This document shows, piece by piece, positions 19,882 to 29,168 of a stretch of DNA of 61,208 nt; position 1 is the first letter of the stretch, and every line of letters begins with the position of its first letter. The stretch is from an uncultured Bacilli bacterium (GTDB lineage Bacteria > Bacillota_I > Bacilli_A > RF39 > UBA660). The position numbers and the translations under genes were made by a program. Location of the stretch: positions 1 to 61,208 of the forward strand of contig CANQGH010000002.1 in the NCBI GenBank assembly GCA_947601845.1, given 5' to 3'. The notes beneath the pieces are model-generated. The model worked only from the letters and a program-made list of their open reading frames with translations. It made no database searches and was not told where the DNA came from.

Positions 19882-20669
19882 TGAAAGATATACATAGTCA
19901 TATCCTATTTGGAATAGACGATGGTAGTGAAACTTTAAATGAAAGTATTAAGTTAATCAAACAAGCTGTAGATAATGGATATACAGATTTAATATTGACA
20001 CCACATTATAGGAAAAAACAAGGTTTCACAAGTAGTAATGAGAAAAAAAGAAAGATATTTGATATCTTACAACAAGAAGTAATAAGAAAGAATATGGGGG
20101 TTAAGCTTTATTTAGGTAATGAAATTACATTAGATGATGATTTATTATATTACCTAGATGCTGATTTAGTGACATCATTAAATGATAGTAAATATTTATT
20201 ATTAGAACTTCCTTTTAGAAGTAAAATTAGTAATAAGAAATTAGAAGAAATTATTGATGAATTAAATCATAGAGGTTATAAAATAATTATTGCCCATCCT
20301 GAGAGATATAGAGCTTATAGATCATTAGATGATTTTACTAAGCTTATTGATAAAGGCGTATACTTTCAAGGAAACATTGAGTCATTATATGGCAAATGGG
20401 GTAATGAAGCTCAAAAAGTGTTAGAAGATATGTTAAAAAGACATATGATTCATTTCATTGGTAGCGATATTCATCATAGTAATCAAAAAAGTTATACCTT
20501 AAAAGATGAATTACTATCAAAATTAGAACAATTAACAGAAGATAGCGAAATGGTTAAAGATTTGGTCGATAGAAATATTGATAAAGTTATTCATAATGAA
20601 GACATTAAACTATATCCTGTTAGACAAAGAAGAAGAAGACTTAGACTTATACCAACTGGTGGAAGATAA
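19881..20669 (+). CDS. cpsB: PHP-family protein-tyrosine phosphatase (CpsB/YwqE-like)
   Basis: MKDIHSHILFGIDDGS, TPHY, AHPERY and GSDIHH metal-binding motifs. The start overlaps the cpsD stop (TAATG). Confidence 0.9.
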   Translation: MKDIHSHILFGIDDGSETLNESIKLIKQAVDNGYTDLILTPHYRKKQGFTSSNEKKRKIFDILQQEVIRKNMGVKLYLGNEITLDDDLLYYLDADLVTSLNDSKYLLLELPFRSKISNKKLEEIIDELNHRGYKIIIAHPERYRAYRSLDDFTKLIDKGVYFQGNIESLYGKWGNEAQKVLEDMLKRHMIHFIGSDIHHSNQKSYTLKDELLSKLEQLTEDSEMVKDLVDRNIDKVIHNEDIKLYPVRQRRRRLRLIPTGGR

Positions 20670-20704
20670 AGTTAATATATAGAGTAATATAGGAGGGTTT
20701 GGAA

Positions 20705-21397
20705 ATGTACAAATATGTGAAAAGAATATTAGATTTAGTCTTAGCATTAATATGTATTATCGTTTTTACAATACCAATGATTATAATTGCTATTGCTATA
20801 AAATTAGATAGTAGAGGACCTGTATTCTTTAAACAAGAAAGGACAGGACTACATGGTAAATCTTTTAAACTTTATAAGTTTAGAAGTATGGTGGTTGATA
20901 ATGATGTTCATGACTTTAGTAAGGAAGATAAGCATACTAAAGTAGGTAATTTTCTTAGAAAGACTAGTTTAGATGAATTAGGTCAATTAATAAATATAAT
21001 TAAAGGTGATATGTCTTTTATTGGGCCTAGACCTTGGATACCAGATTATTATGATGCGATGAATGAAGTACAAAGACATAGATGTGATGTTTTACCTGGT
21101 ATTACAGGACTAGCTCAAGCTAGAGGTAGAAATAATATTACAATATTTCAAAAGATTAATTATGATTTGGAATATGTAGAGAATTTTTCTTTCAAAGAAG
21201 ATATTAAAGTGGTATTTTTAACTATTAAAACAGTTCTTTCCAAAGAGGGAGCAGATGCTGGTAAGAATACTATCCATAATGAGTTAGAAGAATTAAGAAA
21301 TCAAAAACACCAAATATACAATAATATAAAAAAACATAGAAAAAGCGATAGCATTAAACAAGGCGAAAACACTGTAGAAGGAATGCAATATATATAA
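20705..21397 (+). CDS. Initiating undecaprenyl-phosphate sugar-phosphate transferase (small monotopic PGT, PglC/EpsL-like)
   Basis: KRILDLVLAL...SRGPVFFKQERTGLHGKSFKLYKFRSM...DELGQLINIIKGDMSFIGPRP is the bacterial sugar transferase signature. ATG 20705 follows SD aggaggg. Confidence 0.9.
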   Translation: MYKYVKRILDLVLALICIIVFTIPMIIIAIAIKLDSRGPVFFKQERTGLHGKSFKLYKFRSMVVDNDVHDFSKEDKHTKVGNFLRKTSLDELGQLINIIKGDMSFIGPRPWIPDYYDAMNEVQRHRCDVLPGITGLAQARGRNNITIFQKINYDLEYVENFSFKEDIKVVFLTIKTVLSKEGADAGKNTIHNELEELRNQKHQIYNNIKKHRKSDSIKQGENTVEGMQYI

Positions 21398-21418
21398 TAA
21401 GCAACGAGGGTGAGAATT

Positions 21419-22240
21419 ATGAATGAAAAGTTTTCAGTTTTAATGAGTGTATATTATAAAGAAAATCCTAAGTTTTTAAAAGAAGCGTTAGATAGTGTTT
21501 TTAATCAAACATTAAAACCAAGTGAGGTGGTATTAGTTGTTGAGGGAAAACTACCTAATGAATTAGATAGTGTTTTAAAAAAATTAAAATCCAAGTATGA
21601 TTGTATAAAAACTTATGATGTTGAAGCTGGTAAAGGTTTAGGAGCTTCATTAAATTATGGGTTAACTAAATGTAAGTATAATTATGTTATGCGTGCTGAT
21701 ACTGATGATATATGTGTTAATACTAGATTCGAAGTAGAAATGGATTTTATGTTAAATCATAATGAGATAGATGTTCTTGGTTCTTCCATATATGAATTTA
21801 AAGAAAGCATAAACGAAAAAGATATTAGATTAAAAAATATGCCAACCGGTGCCGCAATTTATAATTATGCAAAAAAGAGAAATCCGCTAAATCACATGAC
21901 AGTTTGCATGAAAAAAGATGCAGTTTTAAAGGCTGGAAATTATAGCACTCAAAAAATGTTAGAAGATTACGAGCTATGGATAAGAATGATTAATAACGGT
22001 ATGAAATTGGAAAATATAAATATTCCTCTTGTATATGCAAGAATTGGGAATGGTTTTGAGAAAAGAAGAGGGAGTAAGCAGCAAATTTCATTGTGGAAAA
22101 AAATGCAAAAATATATGTATGAAAACAATATGATAGGAGTAACGCGATATTGTATAAATATTATAAACATGTATTTAATGGTATATACGCCAAATTTTGT
22201 TAGAAAATTTGCTTATAAGTATATTTTGAGAAGTAGTTAA
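21419..22240 (+). CDS. Glycosyltransferase family 2
   Basis: FSVLMSVYYKENPKFLKEALDSVFNQT ... ADTDD (DxD). Confidence 0.8.
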   Translation: MNEKFSVLMSVYYKENPKFLKEALDSVFNQTLKPSEVVLVVEGKLPNELDSVLKKLKSKYDCIKTYDVEAGKGLGASLNYGLTKCKYNYVMRADTDDICVNTRFEVEMDFMLNHNEIDVLGSSIYEFKESINEKDIRLKNMPTGAAIYNYAKKRNPLNHMTVCMKKDAVLKAGNYSTQKMLEDYELWIRMINNGMKLENINIPLVYARIGNGFEKRRGSKQQISLWKKMQKYMYENNMIGVTRYCINIINMYLMVYTPNFVRKFAYKYILRSS

Positions 22241-22253
22241 GGGGGAAAATATA

Positions 22254-23231
22254 ATGGTAATAACTAGAACACCATTTAGAATTAGTTTATGCGGTGGTGG
22301 AAGCGATATTGATACGTTTTATAAAAAACATGGTGGCTGTGTATTGAGTACAACTATTAATAAATATATGTATATAACAAGCCATCCATCATTTGATAAA
22401 AGAATGACAGCTTTAAAATACTCTAAGACAGAAATAGTAACCAATGTCAATGATATACAACATAATATTTTTAGGGAATGTTTAAAAAAAGAAAAAGTTG
22501 AAGGATTAGAGATAACATCTATAGCTGATGTTCCAAGTGGAACTGGTCTTGGTTCATCGAGTTCATTTACCGTTGGTTTGATACAAAACTTAAAATGTTA
22601 TAAGAGAGAATATGCAACTAAAGAAGAATTAGCTCAGTTAGCATGTGATTTGGAAAATAATGTTGTTCATACAACTAATGGAAAACAAGATCAGTATGCA
22701 GCTGCCTATGGGGGACTAAACTTTTATAAATTTAATAAAGATGGAAGTGTAGATGTTGAACCGGTTTTAATGGATTATGTTGCATTTAAGCAATTAGAAA
22801 AAAACTTAATAATGTTATATGTTGGTGGAGAACATCGTGCATCTGAAATATTAAATGAACAATCTAAAAATATTATTAGTGCCAAAGATAAAGAAGAAGG
22901 GCAAAAGAAAATTATGGAAATGACTTATACCTTAAAGTATGAGTTAGAACATAATAACATTGATAAAGTTGGTGAAATACTGGATTATAATTGGAAAATA
23001 AAAAAGACACTAGCAAATGGTATTTCAAATAAATTTTTTGATGAAGTATATGATAAGGCAATTAAAGCTGGTGCTATTGGTGGAAAACTTTTAGGCGCTG
23101 GTGGAAGTGGATTTTTCTTATTTTATGTACCAGAAGGAAAACAAAAGAATTTTAGAGAAGTAATGAAAGATTTGTCAGAAATGGAATTTAAATTCGATCA
23201 TCAAGGAACTACGGTTATATTTGTTAATTAG
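22254..23231 (+). CDS. hddA: D-glycero-alpha-D-manno-heptose 7-phosphate kinase (GHMP kinase)
   Basis: TRTPFRISLCGGGSDI, GHMP motif PSGTGLGSSSS, and C-terminal GGKLLGAGGSGFFLF. It sits with gmhA and hddC-gmhB. Confidence 0.8.
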   Translation: MVITRTPFRISLCGGGSDIDTFYKKHGGCVLSTTINKYMYITSHPSFDKRMTALKYSKTEIVTNVNDIQHNIFRECLKKEKVEGLEITSIADVPSGTGLGSSSSFTVGLIQNLKCYKREYATKEELAQLACDLENNVVHTTNGKQDQYAAAYGGLNFYKFNKDGSVDVEPVLMDYVAFKQLEKNLIMLYVGGEHRASEILNEQSKNIISAKDKEEGQKKIMEMTYTLKYELEHNNIDKVGEILDYNWKIKKTLANGISNKFFDEVYDKAIKAGAIGGKLLGAGGSGFFLFYVPEGKQKNFREVMKDLSEMEFKFDHQGTTVIFVN

Positions 23232-23241
23232 GAGGGAAAAA

Positions 23242-24186
23242 ATGAGAGCATTAGTCACTGGAGGAGCAGGATTTATAGGAACACATTTAGTTGAGAGATT
23301 GTTAAATGATGGGAATGAGGTTATCGTTGTTGATAACTTTACTTTAGGAAAACAGGAAAATGTTGATAAATTTAAGAACAATAAAAACTATAAATTTTAT
23401 ATGCTAGATATTTCTGATAACGAACGCTTTTGCCAAGAATTAAAAGATGAACAAATAGATATTGTTTATCACTTAGCAGCTAATAGTGATATTCAAAAGG
23501 GTGGAAAAAATCCAAATGTTGATTATCGCGATACGTTTATGACAACTCGTGGTGTTCTTGAGTTGATGAGAAGAAATAATATTAAAAATTTATTTTTTTC
23601 ATCTACTTCAGCTATATATGGCGATGAACATGGTAAATTACTTACTGAAGATTTAGGCGGATTATTACCAATATCATATTATGGTAGCGCTAAAGCAGCT
23701 TCAGAGAATTTTATTTCTTCATATTCATATATGAACGATTTTAACACTATGATTTTCAGATTTCCAAATGTAATAGGTCCAAATTTAACACATGGGGTTA
23801 TTCACGATTTTACAAAAAAATTATTAAATAATCCAAATGAATTAGAAATATTAGGAGATGGGACACAAACAAAACCATATATATATGTTCTTGATTTAAT
23901 TGATTGTATTATGATGATGACCAAAGAAATAAAAAAAGGTGTTAATATATATAATGTAGGTGTTGAAACGGCAACTTCTGTTACTAGAATAGCAGATATA
24001 GTATGTGAAGAGTTGGGCTATAAAAATGTTGTTTATAAATATACTGGTGGAAATGTTGGATGGAAGGGTGATGTTCCTAAATTTCAATATGATCTAACTA
24101 AAATCCATAGTGTTGGATGGAATGCAAAATATACATCTGATGAAGCTGTTAGAGAAACGGTAAAATCATTAAGGCACGGCAAATAG
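23242..24186 (+). CDS. NAD-dependent epimerase/dehydratase (SDR), probably a nucleotide-heptose-modifying enzyme
   Basis: VTGGAGFIGTHL Rossmann motif and YGSAK catalytic motif. ATG 23242 follows SD aggaggg. Confidence 0.75.
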   Translation: MRALVTGGAGFIGTHLVERLLNDGNEVIVVDNFTLGKQENVDKFKNNKNYKFYMLDISDNERFCQELKDEQIDIVYHLAANSDIQKGGKNPNVDYRDTFMTTRGVLELMRRNNIKNLFFSSTSAIYGDEHGKLLTEDLGGLLPISYYGSAKAASENFISSYSYMNDFNTMIFRFPNVIGPNLTHGVIHDFTKKLLNNPNELEILGDGTQTKPYIYVLDLIDCIMMMTKEIKKGVNIYNVGVETATSVTRIADIVCEELGYKNVVYKYTGGNVGWKGDVPKFQYDLTKIHSVGWNAKYTSDEAVRETVKSLRHGK

Positions 24187-24188
24187 TT

Positions 24189-24699
24189 ATGAATATTGAC
24201 CCAAATAAAGGAATTTTTTATACAATTAGGAAACACATGCAACATTACAATCCAGAAAAATATTGGAAGTACAGAAATATTGTAACCGACCCAAATAATA
24301 AAACAAGTAAAATTATAAAGATATTTATGTTATATAAAATAAAAAAAAGTGATGCATATAATAATGCCTCATTTGGCACGAATTTAAATAGTGGAGCATA
24401 TTTTCAATCACCTCCTAAATTACCTCATGGATTAAACGGAATAATCATATCACATCATGCAAAGGTGGGGGGGGGCCACTATCTTTCAACAGGTAACGGT
24501 TGCTGATGATCCACATAAACCTGGTGAGTCTGCTACGATAGGCAATAATGTATTAATTGGTGCAGGTGCAAAAATTATCGGAGCTGTAAAGATTGGTGAT
24601 AATGTGAAAATTGGTGCTAACGCTGTAGTCGTGAGTGATATACCAGATGGTTGTACAGCTGTTGGGGTGCCAGCTAAAGTTGTCAAAAAATCTAAATAA
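24189..24699 (+). pseudogene. Hexapeptide-repeat O-acetyltransferase (serine acetyltransferase-like), frameshifted in a G9 tract
   Basis: ORFs 24189..24506 and 24457..24699 are the two halves of one LbH acetyltransferase. Removing one G gives ...HHAKVGGATIFQQVTVADD...IGAGAKIIGAVKIGDNVKIGANAVV. Confidence 0.8.
24467..24475 (+). repeat. Homopolymeric G9 tract (candidate slipped-strand switch)
   Basis: Nine consecutive G counted directly. All other G runs I saw in the window are 5 or shorter, except the G10 at 38709. Confidence 0.9.
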
Positions 24700-24743
24700 A
24701 GAAAGGAAGGTATCAGTCAAATATTCGATTGGTAGAATGATAT

Positions 24744-26075
24744 ATGAAAGCAGTTATTCAAGCTGGTGGGAAAGGCACTAGAGTTAGTAGTATTACTGGA
24801 GATAAAATCCCTAAACCAATGTTAGAAGTATCTGGATATCCTGTTTTATATCATCAAATTATGAACTTAAAAAAATCAGGTATTACTGATATTATTATAA
24901 TAATCTGTCACCTAGCTAATGTAATAAAAGATTATTTTGGTGATGGTAGTAAAATGGGCGTAAATATATATTATATAGAGGAAGATGAAAATAATCCTCT
25001 TGGGACAGCGGGTGCTCTTTATAATTTAAAAGATAAAATAAGCGATGATTTTATATTTTTATTAGCCGATGTTTTTATAGATATAGACTTTGAAAAAATG
25101 TATAATTTTCATAGAAATAAGAAAGCGGATGTTACTTTATTAACACATCCTAATAGTCATCCATTCGATAGCGATTTAGTTGTTGTTGGCGATGATGATA
25201 AAGTTTTAAAATTTGATAATAAAGATAATGATAGAACTTCTTATAACTACCACAACTTAGTTAATGCTGGTGTTATGATATTTTCACCTAATACTTTAAA
25301 TTATATTGAGAAGTCGAAAAAATATAGTTATGAGAAAGATATTATTTTACCCTCAATAGAAAAAGGAAAAGTATATTCATATAAATCATCTGAGTATGCC
25401 AAAGATATGGGAACTCCTGAAAGATACGAAAATGTTCAAAAAGATTATATTCAACATTTGCCAGAAAAGAAAAATCTCAAAAATAAGCAAAAGTGTATTT
25501 TCTTAGATAGAGATGGAACTATTAATAATTATGTGGGCTTTTTGAGAAAAGAAGAAGAGATGACTTTAATTGACGGGGCATCTTTAGCAATTCGCGAAAT
25601 TAATAATTCAGAGTATTTATGTATAGTCATAACTAATCAACCAGTTATTGCAAGAGGTGAAGTGACTGTTGAAGAGTTAGAAAATATAAATATGAAGATG
25701 GAAAAATTATTAGGGAATGATGGGGCCTATATAAATGGTTTATATTATTGCCCACATCATCCAGATAAAGGTTTTGATGGTGAAGTACCAGAATTGAAAA
25801 TTGATTGCGATTGTCGAAAACCAAAAATTGGTTTATTGGAAAAAGCAGCTAAAGACTTTAATATTGATTTAGAAAAATCTATTGTTATAGGGGATTCAAC
25901 CTTGGATATTAAGATGGCAGAGAATGCAGGAATGACATCCATATTAGTAAAAACTGGTCAAGCAGGTTTAGACAATAAATATGATGTACATCCAACGTAT
26001 GTAGCAAAAGATTTGCTGGATGCTGTAAATAGTTATATAATTAAGAAAGGAGACAAAGAAAATGGAAAATTTTAA
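24744..26075 (+). CDS. Bifunctional D-glycero-alpha-D-manno-heptose 1-phosphate guanylyltransferase / D,D-heptose 1,7-bisphosphate phosphatase
   Basis: The N-terminus QAGGKGTRV...PKPML is nucleotidyltransferase-type. The C-terminal HAD domain IFLDRDGTIN ... CPHHP...CDCRKP ... GDS is GmhB-type, including a Zn site. Confidence 0.8.
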   Translation: MKAVIQAGGKGTRVSSITGDKIPKPMLEVSGYPVLYHQIMNLKKSGITDIIIIICHLANVIKDYFGDGSKMGVNIYYIEEDENNPLGTAGALYNLKDKISDDFIFLLADVFIDIDFEKMYNFHRNKKADVTLLTHPNSHPFDSDLVVVGDDDKVLKFDNKDNDRTSYNYHNLVNAGVMIFSPNTLNYIEKSKKYSYEKDIILPSIEKGKVYSYKSSEYAKDMGTPERYENVQKDYIQHLPEKKNLKNKQKCIFLDRDGTINNYVGFLRKEEEMTLIDGASLAIREINNSEYLCIVITNQPVIARGEVTVEELENINMKMEKLLGNDGAYINGLYYCPHHPDKGFDGEVPELKIDCDCRKPKIGLLEKAAKDFNIDLEKSIVIGDSTLDIKMAENAGMTSILVKTGQAGLDNKYDVHPTYVAKDLLDAVNSYIIKKGDKENGKF

Positions 26076-26661
26076 AGATGCAATTAAACAATATTATGAT
26101 AGGGAAATAAGGGTTATTACTAATTTAAATTTAGATGAAATTAATGAGGCAATGAATGCTATTTATGATACATATAAAAATAATGGAACTATTTATGTGT
26201 GCGGAAATGGTGGTAGTGCAGCAACTGCATCTCATATGCAAAATGATTTTAATAAAGGAATATCTGAATACGTTGATAAAAAGTTTAGATTTTATTGTTT
26301 AAATGATAATTATCCTACTGTTATGGCCATTGCTAATGATATTGGGTATGATGAGATTTTTAGATTTCAATTAATAAATAAAATAAACAAAAATGATTTA
26401 TTTGTTGGCATAAGTGGTTCTGGAAATTCAAAAAATGTTTTAAATGCTGCAGAGTATGCTAAAGAGCAGGGAGCAAAAGTTTTAGGAATTACTGGATATA
26501 AAGGCGGTAAATTAAAAGAACTTGCTGATTATAAAATGCATGTAGATGAGGAAGATATGCAAATAGATGAAGATATTCATATGACTTTTGATCATATGAT
26601 GATGAAAATATTTTATAATTTCTTAGTCAAAAACGAAATTACTGGAAATAATTTAAAATAA
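26062..26661 (+). CDS. gmhA: Sedoheptulose 7-phosphate isomerase (SIS domain)
   Basis: CGNGGSAATASHMQNDF and ISGSGNS motifs; 199 aa; overlaps the upstream gene by 14 nt. Confidence 0.85.
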   Translation: MENFKDAIKQYYDREIRVITNLNLDEINEAMNAIYDTYKNNGTIYVCGNGGSAATASHMQNDFNKGISEYVDKKFRFYCLNDNYPTVMAIANDIGYDEIFRFQLINKINKNDLFVGISGSGNSKNVLNAAEYAKEQGAKVLGITGYKGGKLKELADYKMHVDEEDMQIDEDIHMTFDHMMMKIFYNFLVKNEITGNNLK

Positions 26662-26706
26662 AAATTATACCTTTAATATATTCATGTAAGTAAAAGGGTG
26701 GTAGTG

Positions 26707-27789
26707 ATGGCAAGAGTATTGTATATAATTAATTATTTAAAAAATAGCGGTCCATCTAGAGTTGTTCTTAATTTGTTGAAAACAATAAACAAATCAAAGT
26801 TTGAAGTTTCTATAATTACATTAAAAAATGATGATGATGAAAAAATCATTAACGAATTAAAACAATTGAGTATAGATGTGATACAACTTAAATATTCCAA
26901 TAATAAAGAAATTGTAAAAAATACAACAAAGATAAGAAAGTGTATTAATAGTAAGAATGCCGATATCATACATTCACACGGAATTATTCCAGATTTCATT
27001 ATTTCTAGCGATGTCATATGTGCTAAGAAAATAACAACAATTCATAATAATATGTTTGAAGATTATATACTTTCATATGGTAAATTTAAAGGAAGTTTGA
27101 TGTGTAAAATTCATTTAATCATTTTAAAAAAAATTGATAAGATAGTATGCTGCTCTAAAAGTTCGTATGCTTCATTAGAAAATTGTGTGAAAAATATAAC
27201 ATACATTAGAAATGGTTCAGATATTGACAAAACAACAAATAAAATATTAAGAAAAGATATTGGCATTCCACGTGATGCTTTTGTATATATTTATTGTGGT
27301 GTTTTAACTAAAGGAAAAAGAGTAATAGAACTAATAGATAAATTTAATAATAGTTTAAAAGCAAATGAATATTTGCTGATTTTGGGAAATGGCCCTTTGT
27401 ATGAAGAAGTTATGAAATATTCTAGTGATCATATAAAAGTACTAGGATTTCAAAAAAATGTCATGGATTTTTATAGTATTTCAAATGTATATGTTTCTAA
27501 CTCGAGTTCAGAAGGATTTTCAATGTCGATTATTGAAGCTCTTGGGTGTAATTTGTATTTGTTACTTTCGGATATTCCATCACATAAAGAATGTTTCTTT
27601 ATCGATAATGAAGTTTATTTGGGCGAATATTTTAATGATGATAATTTCTTAGAGAAAAAAAATATTTTAACCGAAAAAATAAAAGTTGAACATAAGGTAT
27701 TGTTGCGTAATTTCCAAGAAAAGTATTTATCTAGTCGTGCAATGACAAATGAATATGAGAGAGAATATAGTTCATTAGTAAGAAAGTAA
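26707..27789 (+). CDS. Glycosyltransferase family 4 (GT-B)
   Basis: C-terminal SSSEGFSMSIIEALGCN (EX7E-type). ATG 26707 follows SD aagggtgg. Confidence 0.75.
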   Translation: MARVLYIINYLKNSGPSRVVLNLLKTINKSKFEVSIITLKNDDDEKIINELKQLSIDVIQLKYSNNKEIVKNTTKIRKCINSKNADIIHSHGIIPDFIISSDVICAKKITTIHNNMFEDYILSYGKFKGSLMCKIHLIILKKIDKIVCCSKSSYASLENCVKNITYIRNGSDIDKTTNKILRKDIGIPRDAFVYIYCGVLTKGKRVIELIDKFNNSLKANEYLLILGNGPLYEEVMKYSSDHIKVLGFQKNVMDFYSISNVYVSNSSSEGFSMSIIEALGCNLYLLLSDIPSHKECFFIDNEVYLGEYFNDDNFLEKKNILTEKIKVEHKVLLRNFQEKYLSSRAMTNEYEREYSSLVRK

Positions 27790-27817
27790 CTCAGCATGAC
27801 TGCATCCTGATATAAAA

Positions 27818-28070
27818 CTGAAATCAATTGTATTTATAATTGTTCCCGTTTACAATGTAAAAAAAAATTTGAATAGATGTGTTAATTCAATAATTAATCA
27901 AAGTTATAAAGATATAGAAAGAATTGCTTGACAAATAATTGTGAAAAAATTTTTGATAATTATAAAAATAATGATGGCTGAATAAAAACAATATACAAGT
28001 AAAATGATGATAGATTACGACAAAATATATAACGAATAAATAAAAATTATAGTATATACATATTAAATAA
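27818..28070 (+). pseudogene. Decayed family-2 glycosyltransferase remnant
   Basis: Translation gives IVFIIVPVYNVKKKFE*, a second frame gives INQSYKDIERIA*, and later comes NYKNNDG*IKTIYK*NDD. This is collinear with the GT2 N-terminus (VPVYNVEKYL..C..SI.NQSYKDIEII..DDGS...I.D.Y...D.RIK.I). There are multiple stops and frameshifts, and the DDGS segment is missing. Confidence 0.65.
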
Positions 28071-28093
28071 AATATTTAGAAAGGATGATTTTT

Positions 28094-29167
28094 TTGAAGA
28101 TTGCTTTATTTATAGGATCACTTACAGGTGGTGGAGCTGAAAGAGTAACAAGTAATTTAGCTAATTATTTAAGTAATATAAAAAATGATGTAACTGTAAT
28201 TACCATGTCTGATTGCAACAAAACATATAATTTAAATAACGAAGTTAATCATTTTAAATTATTAAAAAGTAACGAAAGAAAAAATGTTGTTTTTGATAAT
28301 ATATTAAGATATAAAAGACTAAAACAATATGTTATTGAACATCAGGATATTGATTGTTATATAGTTATGCTTCCTATTACTATTTTTATGTTAACTAAAT
28401 TAAAAAAATACACTAATGCTAAATTAATAATATCCGAGAGAAATAATCCCAAATCATACAAACTATATGAAAAATTAATTATGAAATATGCTCAAAGAAA
28501 ATGTGATGGGTTAGTGGTACAAACTCAAATAATAAAAGATTGGTATAATATTAACAATATTGAAGTGATTCCAAATGCAATTAATAATGAAATATTAATA
28601 AATGAAGAAAGAAAAAATATTAACAATAAAATTGTTGCGGTAGGAAGATTAAATAAACAAAAAAATTATCCAATGATGTTAAAAGCATTTAGTGTTTTTT
28701 CAAAAAAACATCCTGATTATATTTTGGAAATCTATGGTCAAGGTAAATTAGAAAAAAGTTTAAAAAATCTTGCAAAAAAATTGGAAATATCTGATAAAGT
28801 TTTTTTTAAAGGTTATGTTAAAGATGTTAGTGCAAAAATATATAATGCTAAAATGTTTATAATGACTTCAAACTTTGAAGGAATGCCAAATGCGTTAATA
28901 GAAGCAATGTGTTTGGGCTTACCTTGCATTTCAACTGATTGTGATGGTGGTGGCGCTAAAGATTTAATACAAAACATGGGAAATGGCATTTTAATAGGAA
29001 AAAATGATATAAAATCACTTATTAATTCGATGGAAATTCTTTCAAACAATGAAATGTTAGCAAACCAAATTGGTTTAAATGCTAAGAAATTAATAAAAGT
29101 TTTAAATTCTAATACTATTTATAAAAAGTGGTATGAATATATTAAAAAAATAATTAAAGAGGTATGA
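28094..29167 (+). CDS. Glycosyltransferase family 4 (GT-B)
   Basis: IALFIGSLTGGGAERV N-terminus and NFEGMPNALIEAMCLGLPCISTDC motif. TTG 28094 has better SD spacing than ATG 28085; either start is possible. Confidence 0.8.
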   Translation: MKIALFIGSLTGGGAERVTSNLANYLSNIKNDVTVITMSDCNKTYNLNNEVNHFKLLKSNERKNVVFDNILRYKRLKQYVIEHQDIDCYIVMLPITIFMLTKLKKYTNAKLIISERNNPKSYKLYEKLIMKYAQRKCDGLVVQTQIIKDWYNINNIEVIPNAINNEILINEERKNINNKIVAVGRLNKQKNYPMMLKAFSVFSKKHPDYILEIYGQGKLEKSLKNLAKKLEISDKVFFKGYVKDVSAKIYNAKMFIMTSNFEGMPNALIEAMCLGLPCISTDCDGGGAKDLIQNMGNGILIGKNDIKSLINSMEILSNNEMLANQIGLNAKKLIKVLNSNTIYKKWYEYIKKIIKEV

Positions 29168-29168
29168 T

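Noticed and set aside
24457-24699. ORF 24457..24699 as an independent 80-aa gene
   Set aside because: It has no SD and starts inside the upstream ORF. Together the two pieces reconstitute one LbH acetyltransferase across the G9 tract.
27458-27827. Small ORFs 27458..27652 (+) and 27615..27827 (-) overlapping the 3' end of the GT4 gene
   Set aside because: They are alternative-frame or antisense ORFs inside a well-supported glycosyltransferase gene, with no SD and no motifs.
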